This document shows positions 1-14,109 of a DNA stretch of 64,000 nucleotides, piece by piece. Below the pieces are notes generated by a model. The model was not told where the DNA came from and made no database searches. It worked only from the letters and a program-made list of their open reading frames with translations. Source of the stretch: Eledone cirrhosa (taxonomy: Eukaryota); the NCBI GenBank assembly GCA_964016885.1, contig OZ024742.1, positions 194,866,001 to 194,930,000 of the forward strand. The letters run 5' to 3'. A program made the translations under genes and the position numbers. Within the stretch, counting starts at the first letter, position 1. Each line of letters opens with the position of its first letter.

Positions 1-198
1 GCAATGCATTGAAGCATGTACAACATAAGCTAGAATGTGCAACGCAATTTATCATATGCAACACGCTGTAGAATGTCAACGCAATTCAAAATCTGAAATG
101 GGATACAGAATGTGCAAGGCAATGCTAAAATGGGCAACGCTATGTAATATGTGCAATCCAGTGCAGAATTTGCAGCGTGATGCAGCGTGATGCAGAAT
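1..198. repeat. Degenerate minisatellite (~19 bp unit, (t/c)agaatgtgcaacgcaatg-like)
   Basis: Recurrent agaatgtgcaacgcaat / agaatgtcaacgcaat / agaatgtgcaaggcaat variants. Confidence 0.6.
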
Positions 199-410
199 AA
201 GGTTTGTAACTTTTGCTGTGATATTTAGCTATAATACTTGACATCTGAATAACTAAATTAACGTAACATTTAGCCACAGATCAAAATACAAAATGACATG
301 TTTCTTCATTATTCCATGTCACAAAGCTTATGTGCATACACACACACATACATGCAAACGCACACACATACCCACACACACACATACACACACACACATA
401 CAAACGCACA

Positions 411-442
<32 letters not shown>

Positions 443-662
443 GCCCTGTGGGCGTGGGTTAGTGTGTCAGTGAGTATATGTGTGAGTATGTGTATTTGTG
501 TGTGTGTAGAAATAGAGAATTTCGTATCTATAAATTTGACGAGTTCAAAAATATTCCAATCAAGTGTGACTACTATCGTATGCTCAAGAAAGACCGTATC
601 TCCTTTTTGGAATGTTTTCAGATCTTGATAAATAAACAGGGAGAGAACACCTATATTGTAAA

Positions 663-869
663 CAGATACAAATTTGTTTTAAATATTCTTCGATATTTCA
701 ATGGAAATGATTCTTTTTTTCTTAATCCTACTTGATGAAAGCAATGGACAAGCTTGATCCGAGATCAGATACAAATTTGTTTTAAATATTCTTCGATATT
801 ACAGTGGAAGTGGATCTTTTTTTCTTATTCCTACCTGATGGAAGCAATGGACAAACTTGATCCGAGATC
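663..869. repeat. Tandem duplication of ~103 bp
   Basis: cagatacaaatttgttttaaatattcttcgatatt...gcaatggacaa.cttgatccgagatc occurs twice head-to-tail with a few substitutions. Confidence 0.85.
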
Positions 870-1147
870 TCGTCATACTAAATCAATATGCATACCCACA
901 CGTATACGACACACAGACACACACGTGCATACGAAACACACACACACACACACACATACATGCATATGAAATTACACAAAGGAACACAAATTCCCGCACA
1001 TACATGCACACACCACTACCACCACAACCCTCAATATATAAAAACAAACACACAGACCACACAGAGAGTTAATTTTTTAAAAATAAATAAATTTGTGTTG
1101 AATTATATTTGGCATGTTTTATTAACATTTGAACTCGAATATTGCAG

Positions 1148-1289
1148 GCCACAGACTCATGGCCGACAATCGTAACGCCAACACAAACGCCCAGCTCCAA
1201 ACAAGACGTAAAGCTGCCAAGATGCTGATAACAGTGGTCATTGTGTTCGGAATATGTAATTTGCCAGTTCATATACTGAATATTGTCAG
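1148..1289 (+). CDS. Orexin/allatotropin receptor-like class A GPCR, internal exon (ICL3 end + TM6)
   Basis: Acceptor ttgcag|, donor ag|gtaaga. Reads HRLMADNRNANTNAQLQTRRKAAKMLITVVIVFGICNLPVHILNIV(R), matching the RRKxAKML...C-x-LP-x-H-x-LN TM6 signature of orexin/allatotropin receptors. The phase-2 end joins the next exon in frame. Upstream exons lie outside the window. Confidence 0.92.
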
Positions 1290-1382
1290 GTAAGATATAA
1301 AAAATCTCATAAATATATGATACCTTAGGCATTGAAACCTTAGGTACCTGCTTTTGTTCCGTGTAGGAACATAAATAAATTA

Positions 1383-1476
<94 letters not shown>

Positions 1477-1507
1477 TTAAAAGAATAGAGGTGTAACACA
1501 CAAGTTA

Positions 1508-2152
1508 TTATATATTGGTAAACGGAATAGAAAATGCTGACAAATTGTTCACAGTTGAAAAATGGTTTAATTAGGAATAAAAGAGTATTAGTGATTGTAT
1601 GGGTTAGTATTCAGTTGTGGTTTTAAGTTTTTAAGTTTTTACCGGTTGCGCTTCTAAATGCTTTTCAAAAATAATTTTGAGATAGAGTGTCCGTGCTGTT
1701 TGCTCTGATCTGATTAGTTTTGAGAATTCTACCTGTTTTTATGTTAAAAAAGTGGCTCCAGCGTTATTTTTGTGTTGCAAAAATGCTTGTGGTCAAAACA
1801 ATTTTGATTGGTCGGTAGAGGTCATGTGAATGTAAAAAGTTGATTTTGCGCCAAGACTTGTTTTGAACACAAGCATTTTTGCAACACAAAAATAACGCTG
1901 GAGCCACTTTTTTAACATAAAAAACAGGTAGAATTCCCAAAACTAATCAGATCAGAGCAAACAGCACGGACACTCTATCTCAAAATTATTTTTGAAAAGC
2001 ATTTAGAAATGCGCAACCGGTAAAAACTTAAAAACTTAAAACCACAACTGAATACTAACCCATACAATCACTAATACTCTTTTATTCCTAATTAAACCAT
2101 TTTTCAACTGTGAACAATTTGTCAGCATTTTCTATTCCGTTTACCAATATAT
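1508..2152. mobile_element. Foldback element between (TA)n tracts (~280 bp inverted arms, ~75 bp spacer) with a degenerate hammerhead in each arm
   Basis: 1510-1792 is the reverse complement of ~1868-2150. The right arm contains TTGAAAA-GCAT..ATGC-GCAA-CCGG-TA at 1992-2022. Confidence 0.8.
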
Positions 2153-2401
2153 ATATATATATATATATTAAAATAATAGATTAAAGTTTAAGTAAAGAAT
2201 CGGTGCTTTCATATTATTTATGTATGTTCCTACATTGAACAAAAGTGGCACCTAAGGTTTCATTTCAATGCCCAATATTGACCATATCTCCAGAAAGTAA
2301 GACGAATCAAAATTGTGACCTAATTTTCAGATTAAACCGTATTTTCCTTTTTTCCTTTTTCACACCTACGGATATTTCTATATATATATATACATATATA
2401 T

Positions 2402-2755
<354 letters not shown>

Positions 2756-3156
2756 TGTGTCTGTCTGTATATGTATTTATATGTATTCAACAAGGAAGAT
2801 GAAAAAAACTTACCTCAACACGTAATTATAAATCTTTAATTTTTAGTTTTAAATTCTTATTAATTCTTTCTAATTGTAATACTCAACATTTGATAAGATG
2901 AATTTTACTAATACATCGAAACCGGTAAATCTTTATATACTTTATATATATTATAAAACTCTTTTTTAAAAGAACTGTCCCACACATTTTTTTCAATAAT
3001 GTCACTTTGACGAATCAAATAAAGGAAAAAAAAAGAAAAAAAGACCCTTAAATATATTTTCCGTGCTATTTCCAATTTCAACTTTTCTCTATAACCACTG
3101 ATTTGTATAGAACCTTACTTCCATTTTCGAATATATATGCATATATATATATATGC

Positions 3157-3229
<73 letters not shown>

Positions 3230-3706
3230 TATATATATATGTATGTATGTGTGTGCGCGTGTGTGTGTGTATGCATATATATATATGCATATATTGTTTG
3301 CTAATCTCACTCTATTTATCTATCTATTTCGCTCTCTCTCTCTCTCCCTCCACACTCTCTCACTCCTCTTTCTCCCTCTCACTCCTCTTTCTCTCTCTCT
3401 CACTTTCTCTCACTATCTGCATATATTATACACAATGCAAAGAAAAGCAAGAAACAACACAGCCACATTAACCGCTTGTCATCTGCTTCCTATACGTTAG
3501 TAATCCGGTTTTCATAAGAATGGCATAACCTAAAGCATTGAATGTGCCAGTAGCTGTTATGGCATAGCCTACTAGATAATAAGCAGAATACGTAAGATAC
3601 GAATATTTCTTTCGATTCATTGTATCAGTGCAAGTTGAGTAATTCACAAAGTCGATGCCAATATTATTACTAGGTACCACAGGAAAATAACACAAGGTAA
3701 ACAAAA

Positions 3707-3755
<49 letters not shown>

Positions 3756-3782
3756 ATATATATATATGTATACTTATATATA

Positions 3783-3903
3783 TTCCTTAATGTAAACTTG
3801 GCAAATGTTTACATGACATTGCACACTTGAGAATGCTTTGAAATATTATGGTAAAATGGAACCCACACCCAAACATATATATCTATATACACCTTCATAC
3901 ACC

Positions 3904-3949
<46 letters not shown>

Positions 3950-4390
3950 AAGGTAGTACAGCATAATCGAAGCTCTAGTTGCGGACAAGCTAACGAATGC
4001 TGTCAGGATGTGCTGCCAAAAGTACTCAATAAGGAATTTTACCTTAGAGTTATAACATTACGTTTAGACAGCTATGCAAATTGAAGCCAACGACCGAAAA
4101 GCTAGCCGCTAGGACAAGAACAACGAAAATACAGACTCAGGGAAAAGTTTGACTGTTACCTGGACCATCATGGACATATTACATAACATTATACAACATT
4201 TCTACTAGGTTTCTGTTAATCCGAAATCAACAAAATCCATTTGCAGGGGCCTGCAAGTTAATTGGGCTTTGGAAGATAGAACAGTGGAATTTACTTCGTG
4301 AACAGGTTTTCGTTCATCCTCCGCCGGTTTTAAATACTAGTAGTAAACACTGCCAGTAGTCACGTGGATTCTCCGAAGGGAGGTAACCCC

Positions 4391-4455
<65 letters not shown>

Positions 4456-4730
4456 TAACCCTGGTTCAATCGGGGGTAACCACAGTAGGTAAGGTACTCA
4501 ATATATAGCAGAGTATAAATATTTAATATAGAAATGGCTTCTACAGGACTAAGACTGCTTCATTCAGAGGAAATGATGATGATCATCATCATCATATATA
4601 TATATATGGGTGTCTGAAGGTGTATATAGATATATATGTTTGGGTGTGGGTTCCATTTTTACCACGATATTTCAAAGCATTCTTAAATGTTCGTTGTCAT
4701 GTAAACATTTCCCAAGTTTACATTATGGAA
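3783..4730. repeat. ~120 bp inverted repeat pair enclosing nested TA-flanked insertions
   Basis: 3783-3903 is the reverse complement of 4608-4728 with several substitutions. The interior is alternating (TA)n and unrelated short elements. Confidence 0.75.
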
Positions 4731-5173
4731 GCGTGCTCAGCTACCAACAAAGATACTTCGAAACAGTGTTATTAATAACCTGTTATTTTTACCACGTTTC
4801 GGTGTTTTTGCTGACAAATTATTTTATGTGTTAACTTCCTGACAACGTTACATAATTAATGTTGTAATATTTTCTACATTGTTAACGTACTCAATAAAGA
4901 CATTATCTGTGCGTCCATACGTAAGTAATTATGAAGATAGATAGATGGAGCATGTATCCTATGTATTATACTTATTATACACACACACACATACACATAG
5001 ACACACACAAGCCAACACACACACATACACATGATTTGGCACGTATGATTTGACGAATTTAGAGAGTCAGTTCACTTTGCTTGGCAGAAGTCATCGATAT
5101 AGGTTAGCCTTCAGTTTAGGATATTTGCTGAAGTTACGAAGACTAAGTGGAGTAATAACGGTCTTATTTCCAT

Positions 5174-5530
<357 letters not shown>

Positions 5531-5654
5531 TGTGTGTATATATGTATGTATATATATATACATACATATAGTTGCTACGTTGCAAGAGAAATGCATCCGT
5601 AGGCGGTATGCCGGTTGAGCACCCGATGCTCGGGCAGAGCAGAGTATAATATTA

Positions 5655-5955
5655 TAATGATAACGAACGAGGATTCAGTGTTGCATCATATCAAATTTAA
5701 TAACATATTGCATATGTTTCTCTATCGATGAGCTCGAGGCAAGATCTATTACAGATCGAACCTGACTCTGTAATCGAAAGTTCTTCAGATATGTTTGGTG
5801 ACGAACTCATATACCAAAAATTTCTGAAGAACTTTCGATTACAGTGTCAGGTTCGATGTATAGTAGATCTTGCCTCGAGCTGATTGATAGAGAAATATAT
5901 GTAATATGTTATTAAATTTAATATGATGCAACACTGAATCCTCGTTCGTTATCAG
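5655..5955. repeat. Foldback inverted repeat (~130 bp arms) next to (TA)n
   Basis: gataacgaacgaggattcagtgttgcatcata...gaaagttcttcaga is mirrored at 5822-5955. Confidence 0.8.
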
Positions 5956-6003
<48 letters not shown>

Positions 6004-6158
6004 CTAGAAGTGGTTACACAACAGTTAGTTCACAATACCGAGAACTAGGTATGGTGAACTAACTGTTGTGTAACCACTTCTACCTAACTCGTCCCTTGGA
6101 CTGAGTGCTCTACCACTACGGACATTACCTTCCAGTGTACTACCACTATATGTGTATC

Positions 6159-6258
<100 letters not shown>

Positions 6259-6405
6259 ATATAAACAATGCGTTATATGCTTTGTTGATGAATATTCAAC
6301 AAAATTATGTTTATAACAGATATGAAGCACTCTACAAACATTTTATCTGGAGTATTATATTAATATTATTAATAAATGGAAAATATCTTTATATCAACAT
6401 ATATA

Positions 6406-6461
6406 TTTTATTATACATATTTCAAGGATACTAGATTATAGTATGTTTTCTTCAGATAAAA
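6406..6461 (-). ncRNA. Type I hammerhead ribozyme motif
   Basis: Minus strand: TTTTAT-CTGAAGA-aaac-ATACTA-taatc-TAGTAT-cctt-GAAA-tatgta-TA-ATAAAA. 6-bp stem I, intact core. Same family as 40111-40167. Confidence 0.7.
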
Positions 6462-8653
6462 TACAATATTTGGTGTTAAGATATTGACATACCCAGAACA
6501 TGACCTTACAACTTAACCCAACAATGGGCACTGAGAGAAAACCTCAAAATTTCAAAGGATATAAATTCATAGAGATACATTAAACAGATAAAGACCGTTA
6601 TTATAGACGCTTGATAAATTTTAGGGAACGCGTATTCTGTGGAATACTCAACCACTTTCACGTTAATCTTAGAAGCAGGTAGGCTGTCCTGTTGATCTAG
6701 CAAGTAGAACATTCATCGTCGAAACCGACGTAGCACTATTTCATATTCATCATGTTGATGCATTCCTTCTGTATACATTCCTCTACTGTATAAACTCAGT
6801 TTTGACAGCAGCACGTAATGTTTATGTTAGTAGCCATTGAAAAAATAACCATTGCACGGAAAGTAAATGCGTCATCGCTATCGTTGTACATAAACTACAG
6901 CCGTCATTGGCAATTGAGAATAACTTGGTATCATTTACTGTGTTTTTTTCCGATGTACACCGTGGGCTGTCATAGACACACTAGCACTAGATAGCATATG
7001 GCTTGCTTTTGCTAAGTGTTTTTTGTTACCCAGACAGTCGCCGTTGGTAGTCAGAGACACCCTAAGACTTTACGGCGCTACACTAGTACTGGATTGCATG
7101 TATCGTGCTTTCGCAATATTCATTCTGAGTAGACATAGATACACTTTCAACCTTCGCAGACCTAATCAAGAACAACCAGAATGTCACAGCTAGAGGAAGG
7201 GAGAGAAAGGACTTGACTAGCTATGAGTACCATGTACCTTGTTTCACTAATTGTTTTAGGTGCTCATGTAATCATGCACAGATACAGGCACATTTGCGAG
7301 CCTTGACCGAGTGGAACATCCGGGATGTCACAGCTGGCGTGAGAGAGAGGTTTTCACCTGCACTCGGTAGTATGTACTAGGCTTTTGCTGATGGTTTCGG
7401 TTGAACAGGTTGTCCTCGCAAACATTAACAGACATGTCTAGTTCTTCCTTCACACCAGCCATGGTGGAATATCAAGGACTAACGACTAGAATATATATGT
7501 ATAGGTTTACATCATTATTTGGCTGGTATTGTTTTATTGGCAATCCCAAGATGATAAGAGAAAAAATTGTTCTTGATATGATTTGAACTTAATGTATGGA
7601 GGACCGACAGCATATTCTAACAGATGCTCTAACGACCCTGCCAATCGCCTACCATGTAGCTAAAGAAGTCTGTGAGGATTATGAAACAGGCTAAACTTGT
7701 TGCACACACTTTCCATTAATCCAGCTCATTAGTAAAGCCTCTGCATTGTCACATGTCTTGCTAGAAATAGTGGTTAAATTTCCCTCAAATCACATATAAC
7801 AGCGTTGTTTTTTTGTTCTTGATTTTTTTTTTTTTTTTTCGGAAAGGAAAAAGTTACATAAAGTAGCGTTACATACCGTTAAAAATACTTGGTAGTCATT
7901 CATGCTCGGAATGAATATAATAATATTTCTGCTAAATCACAGTTGACCTGAAGTGAAAAACATTTCCCATAAATAGGCGTTGGTTATACATAGATACCCT
8001 CCCACAGACATATATACATATATATATATGTATGTGTGTGTGTCACTGAATGTATATATATATTCATTTATTTATATATACACAGTTTACGAAAGCCATC
8101 GTATTTATTTCAGTGACCTCCGGCCTTGGCCGACACACTTAATCATGGTAATAAACTTGTGGTTGTAAAACTGCATCCTGAGGTGCACATAGTATAGTAT
8201 TCAGAGAGTACTATGGCAGTATTTTGGTAAAGATTCCTCACGCATCCAACTCCTGGGCGTATTCCGTTTGTATGCAATATACCGCCTACAACAGTTATTA
8301 AAACTGCAATATGCAGAGCATTGCATGGTATCAGCAGACATTACGCAATCTGGCTATTGTATTTCTTCAGGGGGAAAGGCCCATACACAATATTTAATCC
8401 TTAAGGTATGCACAGTTGCATGTACTGCCAGTTTCCTAAATATCTCTCTCTCTCTTTCTCTCCCTCTCTCTCTCCCCTCTCTCTCTCCCCTCTCTCTCTC
8501 CTTCTTTCTCTCTCTCCCTCTCTCTCTCTGTCTATGTCTCTGTCCCTCTCTCTTTCTTTCCATCTCTCTCTCTCTCCTTCTTTCTTTCTCTTTCTCTCTC
8601 TCTGTATATATATCTGTGTGGGTGTGTGTGTGCGTGTGTGTGTGTGTGTGCTT

Positions 8654-8788
<135 letters not shown>

Positions 8789-8863
8789 GTGTGTATATGT
8801 GCGTGTGTGTGTCTGCGTGTCAAGCGGATCAACTCAGTGGCAAACATTGTGGCCATGTCTAAT

Positions 8864-9050
8864 AATTGTTTCTACTTTTGGCACAAGGCCAGCAATTACC
8901 CAGTGCATTACTGGTACTTTATTTTATCGACCCCGTAAGGATGAAAGGCAAAGTCAATCTCGGCGGGATTTGAACTCAGATCGTTAAGGGACGTAACTAT
9001 GCTGGAAAGCATGGCATCCGACCCTCTACCGATACTTCCAATCACCGCAT
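8864..9050 (-). mobile_element. tRNA-derived SINE (family 1)
   Basis: Reverse complement of the recurrent gagttcaaatcccgccgag...gcctttcatccttacggggtcgataaaataaagtaccagtaatgcactgggtaattgctggccttgtgccaaaagtagaaacaatt unit, with Pol III A/B-box-like head. Confidence 0.85.
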
Positions 9051-9193
9051 TGTCTAATAATAGCTTATTATCTTCCTCCCACAAAAAGGGGCAACTCTGA
9101 AAACTGTGTTGTTTTCCAATATATATATGATACCCTTTCCGAATAAAAAAACTATGAACATGAGATATTCTTTCTTTTATTATTTCATTTCAG

Positions 9194-9306
9194 ATACGCA
9201 AAACTTTCAAATAATATGAAAGCTATTTCTATCTTCTCATTAATTTCGCGACTTCTGTGTTATGTGAACAGTGCCATAAACCCGATAATATATAATTTTA
9301 TGAGTG
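9194..9306 (+). CDS. Orexin/allatotropin receptor-like GPCR, exon encoding ECL3 + TM7
   Basis: Acceptor tttcatttcag|, donor g|gtaagt. Reads (R)YAKLSNNMKAISIFSLISRLLCYVNSAINPIIYNFMS, containing NSxxNPxxY. Splice phases are compatible with both flanking exons. Confidence 0.93.
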
Positions 9307-9449
9307 GTAAGTAATTTTTCTTGGTTTATTTCAGTGTCTTAGTAAGAAATGGAAACAAATTACGGAAGGAAAAAACGAGCTTAGTCAGCCTTTATATGAA
9401 TATATATATATATATTGTGTGTGTGTGTGTGTCGGTGTGTGTGTGTGTA

Positions 9450-10735
9450 AAAGATAAACAGAAATAACAACACAATCGGTACTGTATATGGAAGGGATAT
9501 AATAGGTTAACGCTTGATATAGCAGGAAGAGGATCTTAACGTTTCGGACGCTAGTCCTTCACCAGAAGAAAGAATGAGAAATAAGATAGAATGAGGGGAC
9601 GGGCGGGTTGGAATTGGAAAATATGTCTTTAGATAAAAACAACAGGTCCATTCATGTTGACATCTCTTGCAAAACTGTTGCTGCTGGCGTTTGGTGGAGG
9701 ATTTTTTTTTTTTTAAGTGGATGATGGAGCGCGTCTACCTGAAATGAAAAAAAAAACGTTTTGTAAAAAGAGCTATACTTGTGCACATGCATAAGCATGT
9801 GTGTGTGTGTGTGTGTTATTATACTTCCGTACGAAGCTATAAAGAAATGTGTGTGTATATGTGAGTAAAAGAGTGTCTGTGCATGTAAGTACGAAGCTAT
9901 GAGCAAAAGTATGTTAATATAAGGGTGTGAAGGGAAAAGTGGAGTGTGCATATATAGTCGGCATGTATTAGTTGTAAGAGAAGATGTTAATGATCAAGAG
10001 AAAGCGATAGGAGTCTAGGAGTGTGATAATGGACGGGGTATTAGAGAAATTTGGGGGGGGGGGGTCAGTTGAGTCCAAGAGGGGAATAAGACCCAAAGCG
10101 ATGAATCAGACTTTGTTCAGACCTGGTGCCCGAGGCCTGTGATCCATGATGTAAAAGGAGACCCAAGACTGAAACATGTAGGGAAGAATGACCAGGAGAA
10201 CAGAAATGACGGGCGACAAGAGTATCCAAACCGAGTCGTATGTCCCTCAAATGTTCGGCAAAACGGTCCGACATACGGCGTCTCGTTTGTCCGATACATA
10301 AAGACCCGCAAAGGGAACACCGGAGGGCATAGACAACGTGGGTGGATGTGCAGGTGAAGGAATGGCGGATACGGAAAGACCCGTTAGAGCCTGTAAGAGT
10401 GGTGAGGGTGGAAATAAAGGGACAAGTGTTGCAGCGGGAACGGGACCAAGAATCAGAGCCGGGTGGAGTCGTGGGAGAGGACGAAAAGGAACTGCAAACC
10501 ATGAGATCGCGCAGGTTGTGGGCGCGCTTAAAAGCAGTAATGGGTGGGTTTGGAAAAAAGTGAGAAGTGATGGGATCAGAAGAGAGGATACGGAAGGAAC
10601 GGAGGATATGTCGCCGGGGAGGTAGGGTGATGGGGTGGTAGGTGAGAGGGAAAGGAACACGGGTGTTTGGAAGGCGGGGGCGATGTGAGAGGGATGTGGT
10701 GCGGTCTGTTTCACGGGCGCGGGTGAGAGCAGCAT
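9450..10735 (-). mobile_element. 5'-truncated Penelope-like element (Neptune-like GIY-YIG with CCHH zinc finger), decayed
   Basis: ORF 10065-10502: RCNTCPFI...CTSTHVVYALRCSLCGSLCIGQTRRRMSDRFAEH...VARHF...GH...EQSLIHRFGSYSPLGLN. The 3' region carries a minimal hammerhead. Confidence 0.85.
9534..9569 (-). ncRNA. Minimal hammerhead in the PLE 3' region (one core substitution)
   Basis: Minus strand: TCTT-CTGGTGA-a-GGAC-tagc-GTCC-GAAAC-GTT-AAGA. A6 is replaced by G. Confidence 0.6.
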
Positions 10736-10819
10736 ATATATATATATATATATGTGTGTGTGTATAAATGTTTAACCCGGACGGCAGAGGTCAAGCCGTT
10801 TCGACGGCTATTTCTGGAC

Positions 10820-10850
<31 letters not shown>

Positions 10851-10851
10851 G

Positions 10852-10934
<83 letters not shown>

Positions 10935-10995
10935 CGAAGTCCAGAATTAGCCGTCGAAACGGCTTGAGCTCACCCGTCGGGGTCCTACTCGTTCC

Positions 10996-11095
<100 letters not shown>

Positions 11096-11302
11096 ATAAT
11101 ATAGGAGATAATTTTTGCACGCCTGTAAGCACACATAGCTAGTTTGGGTAATAATAAAATGTATACCTTTAAGTATGATTAACCTTCCTTGTATATAACC
11201 CTTGTATATATCTCCTTTGTTCTGTTCTACGCCATCTTGTTTTGACAAGATGGCGTAGGACAGAACAAAGGAGAGGCACAAAAACAAAGAAAAGAATCCC
11301 TA

Positions 11303-11345
11303 GTCACTGAAGAGGTCACATAATGTGTGACGAAAGAACTTTGAC
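11303..11345 (+). ncRNA. Minimal type I hammerhead motif (sense strand of the GPCR intron)
   Basis: GTCA-CTGAAGA-g-GTCACA-taatg-TGTGAC-GAAA-gaac-TT-TGAC. 4-bp stem I, 6-bp stem II. A decayed relative sits at ~35290-35325. Confidence 0.7.
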
Positions 11346-12194
11346 AATATATGAACAATCGCCTGGTTGTGGAACCAACCAACCAACCGGAAATTTATAA
11401 ATTCCTAAATTTATAAAATTAATTTATAATAAATTGAAGTGAAGCAACTGGTGCGTGTGTTTCTTATTGGCAACATGACCCTCTCAAAGTATAACAATAT
11501 ATATATATATTGGATTTTCACTCTGAAACTGAATCTACACTCGGAGTTTATCTGGAGTTCCACCTGGAAATTTTTTCGTATCGCTGATATTTTCTTTGCT
11601 TTTGTATTATATGAATATTGTATATATATATATATATATATATGTGTATGTGTGTTTGTGTGGAGTTACGTAACGGCCTGTAATATATAGATTGTTATAT
11701 AATCCACTATAGTTCAATACGCTATTACTGTACGCACATCATCAGAGTAACCACTAAAAACCTCACTTCATTGTCAAACGAATGGGTACCTGATGTGGTT
11801 CCCTGTGTTTTCGGTTCAAATGAAGTCTCGTGCAATTAGGTGAGGCCTCAGTCATATACAGCCACGATGGAATAATCCATGGAAGCATTTGTTGCTTAGT
11901 CATACCTGATGATCAACTTTTTTTACTATTCCTCAACATTAGTAAAATTACTTGGTGTGTTTTGGATATTGAAAATAGTGGATATACACGGTTCACTGTT
12001 AATTTTTTAGATAAGGTACGGCAAATTATGTTAATATATATGTGTGAGTAAGGAGTTCTTTTCGCATCAATATAATACTGGTTCAATCCAATTGTGTAGA
12101 ACATTCAACAAGTATCTTCTAAATTAAGCAGCTGGTTGACCATAGAATGTGTGTTAAATTTGGTAGAGATAAACTATGAGGTAACCGGTGATAA

Positions 12195-12234
<40 letters not shown>

Positions 12235-12236
<2 letters not shown>

Positions 12237-12535
12237 GAAATATTTCCGTAGAAAGGGTAAAGGAAGGGAGAGTCTCTATGTATAGTACAGAGCTATTTAA
12301 TTATGTAATAAACAACACAATAGTATTATTCCATTAACAAAAGGTTTCACGAAGACAGGCGAGCTCAACAGAGACTTCTGAAATTGTTCATCAGAATAAA
12401 AATGTTAATATGGATGCCATCGATACTAAAATTTTCATTCTGATGAATGATTTCAGACGTCTCTGTTGAGCTCGTCTTCGTGAAACCTTTGGGTAATGGA
12501 ATAATTGTATTGTGTTGTTTATTACATAATTATAT
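12235..12535. mobile_element. TA-flanked foldback element with hammerhead (12434-12501, +); same family as 27185-27395
   Basis: Inverted arms 12300-12395 / 12440-12535. CTGATGA-ATGA...TCGT-GAAA-CC-tttg-GG-TA-atggaa. Confidence 0.7.
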
Positions 12536-13122
12536 ATGCGGTGCCCCAGCATGGCCTCAGCCGGATGGCTGAAACAGGTAAAAGAGTATATATTGTATTG
12601 ATAAATATATACATACTTACATACACACATACATATATACATACATACATATAGAAATGTATATATATATATATATTTATATATATGTATATATAAATGT
12701 ACGTATGTATATATATGTATGTATGTATGGATGTATATATGCATGTATATATTTATCAACGTATATATTTATCAATACATATATACATATAATATCTTTT
12801 GTTTTCTCCATTAATTTGGAGTTCGACAAAGATGAGATCAATAAATTAAGCGCAGACATGAAACAGAAAGCACCGGAGTCGATATGATAAATTAAAACAA
12901 TTAACCTAGGATAACAGTAATAGAAATTAGTGAAACTATGTAGCGTGATTCTCAAAAAGAAACACACCTGAATATTTCCCTCAGATTCGTTAATCCATCT
13001 CAATTTATTGATAACTTATTCATTTCTGTTTGGATTTTGTTAAAAATAAACAAAATACACCTAAAACATTTCATGATTCCAGCTTGTTCACTCTCTCTCT
13101 CTATATATATATATATAAACTG

Positions 13123-13155
<33 letters not shown>

Positions 13156-13212
13156 GTGAGGTTTTTTTACAAATTGAAAAATAACCGAAGTTTCCTACAG
13201 GAGTGAAAGTAT

Positions 13213-13496
13213 AAAGAAAAAGAGATGAAATCGAAAATGCAACTGGAGTCTTATTTTTTTTTAAAATATATATATTTATTTGGTTCCTTTACCGGTTTCG
13301 CAGTTCTTCTGCTTTTCAAAAGGTGAGTTGAGATGGAGAGTCTGTGGTTTTTCTCACATCTGTGAGAAAAACCAAAGACCCTCCATCTCAACTCACCTTT
13401 TGAAAAGCAGAACTGCGAAACCGGTAAAGGAACCAAATGAATATATATATTTTTTTTTAAATAAGACTCCAGTTGCATTTTCGATTTCATCTCTTT

Positions 13497-13500
<4 letters not shown>
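13213..13500. mobile_element. Near-perfect ~290 bp palindrome; each arm has a minimal hammerhead with U3:A8 core (+ arm 13396-13430)
   Basis: Apex ctcaca-tc-tgtgag. The + arm reads CCTT-TTGAAAA-GCAG-aa-CTGC-GAAA-CCGG-TA-AAGG. Copies at ~14788-15075 and ~16216-16432. Confidence 0.8.
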
Positions 13501-13538
<38 letters not shown>

Positions 13539-13542
13539 TATA

Positions 13543-13586
<44 letters not shown>

Positions 13587-14061
13587 ATGAATGTGAAGGC
13601 TAAAACATATATATATGTAAAATAGTTTGGCTGCATTGAAATAGCGATATATACATGAATGTATATATAGTGTATGCTGTATGCTTAATTAAAAGCATTT
13701 TGAAACCCTACGCTATTGTTTTAAAGTATTGACTATGTCACTTACTTCTTTTTTCAGCAAACAAAGGGATATAAGCTGACAGATCTCTGTTTCGTATTGT
13801 TGGTAATCCTCAGAGCTTAGCACTCCCTTTGCCTGCTGAAAATTATGAATGTTGGATTCTTCAAAATGCTTTTAATTAAGCATACAGTGTATTGCAAAAT
13901 ACACTGTATATACATTCATATATATATCGCTATTTCAGAGCACCATTTCTAATTTTCAATTTTTATTGGTCCGGCAACCACTCTGTATAATCAGTTCCTG
14001 ATTATTACTGGAATTCTATAAGAATCCAACATTCATGATTTTCAGCAGGCAAAGAAAGTGT

Positions 14062-14109
14062 TAAGCTCTGAGGAGTACCAACAATACGAAACAGAGATCT
14101 GTCAGCTTA
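14062..14109 (+). ncRNA. Intact type I hammerhead ribozyme (GUC cleavage after 14103)
   Basis: TAAGCT-CTGAGGA-GTA-ccaacaa-TAC-GAAA-CAGAGATCTG-TC-AGCTTA. Perfect 6-bp stem I, G10.1-C11.1 stem II, and a stem III containing the palindrome AGATCT. Inverted copy at 13772-13819; duplicates at 15619-15666 (+) and ~15354-15401 (-). Confidence 0.85.

Noticed and set aside
13251-13534. Overlapping near-identical ORFs on opposite strands (also 14826-15040, 39900-40197, 47885-48729, 51454-51660)
   Set aside because: A consequence of DNA palindromes or foldbacks, with no protein motif.
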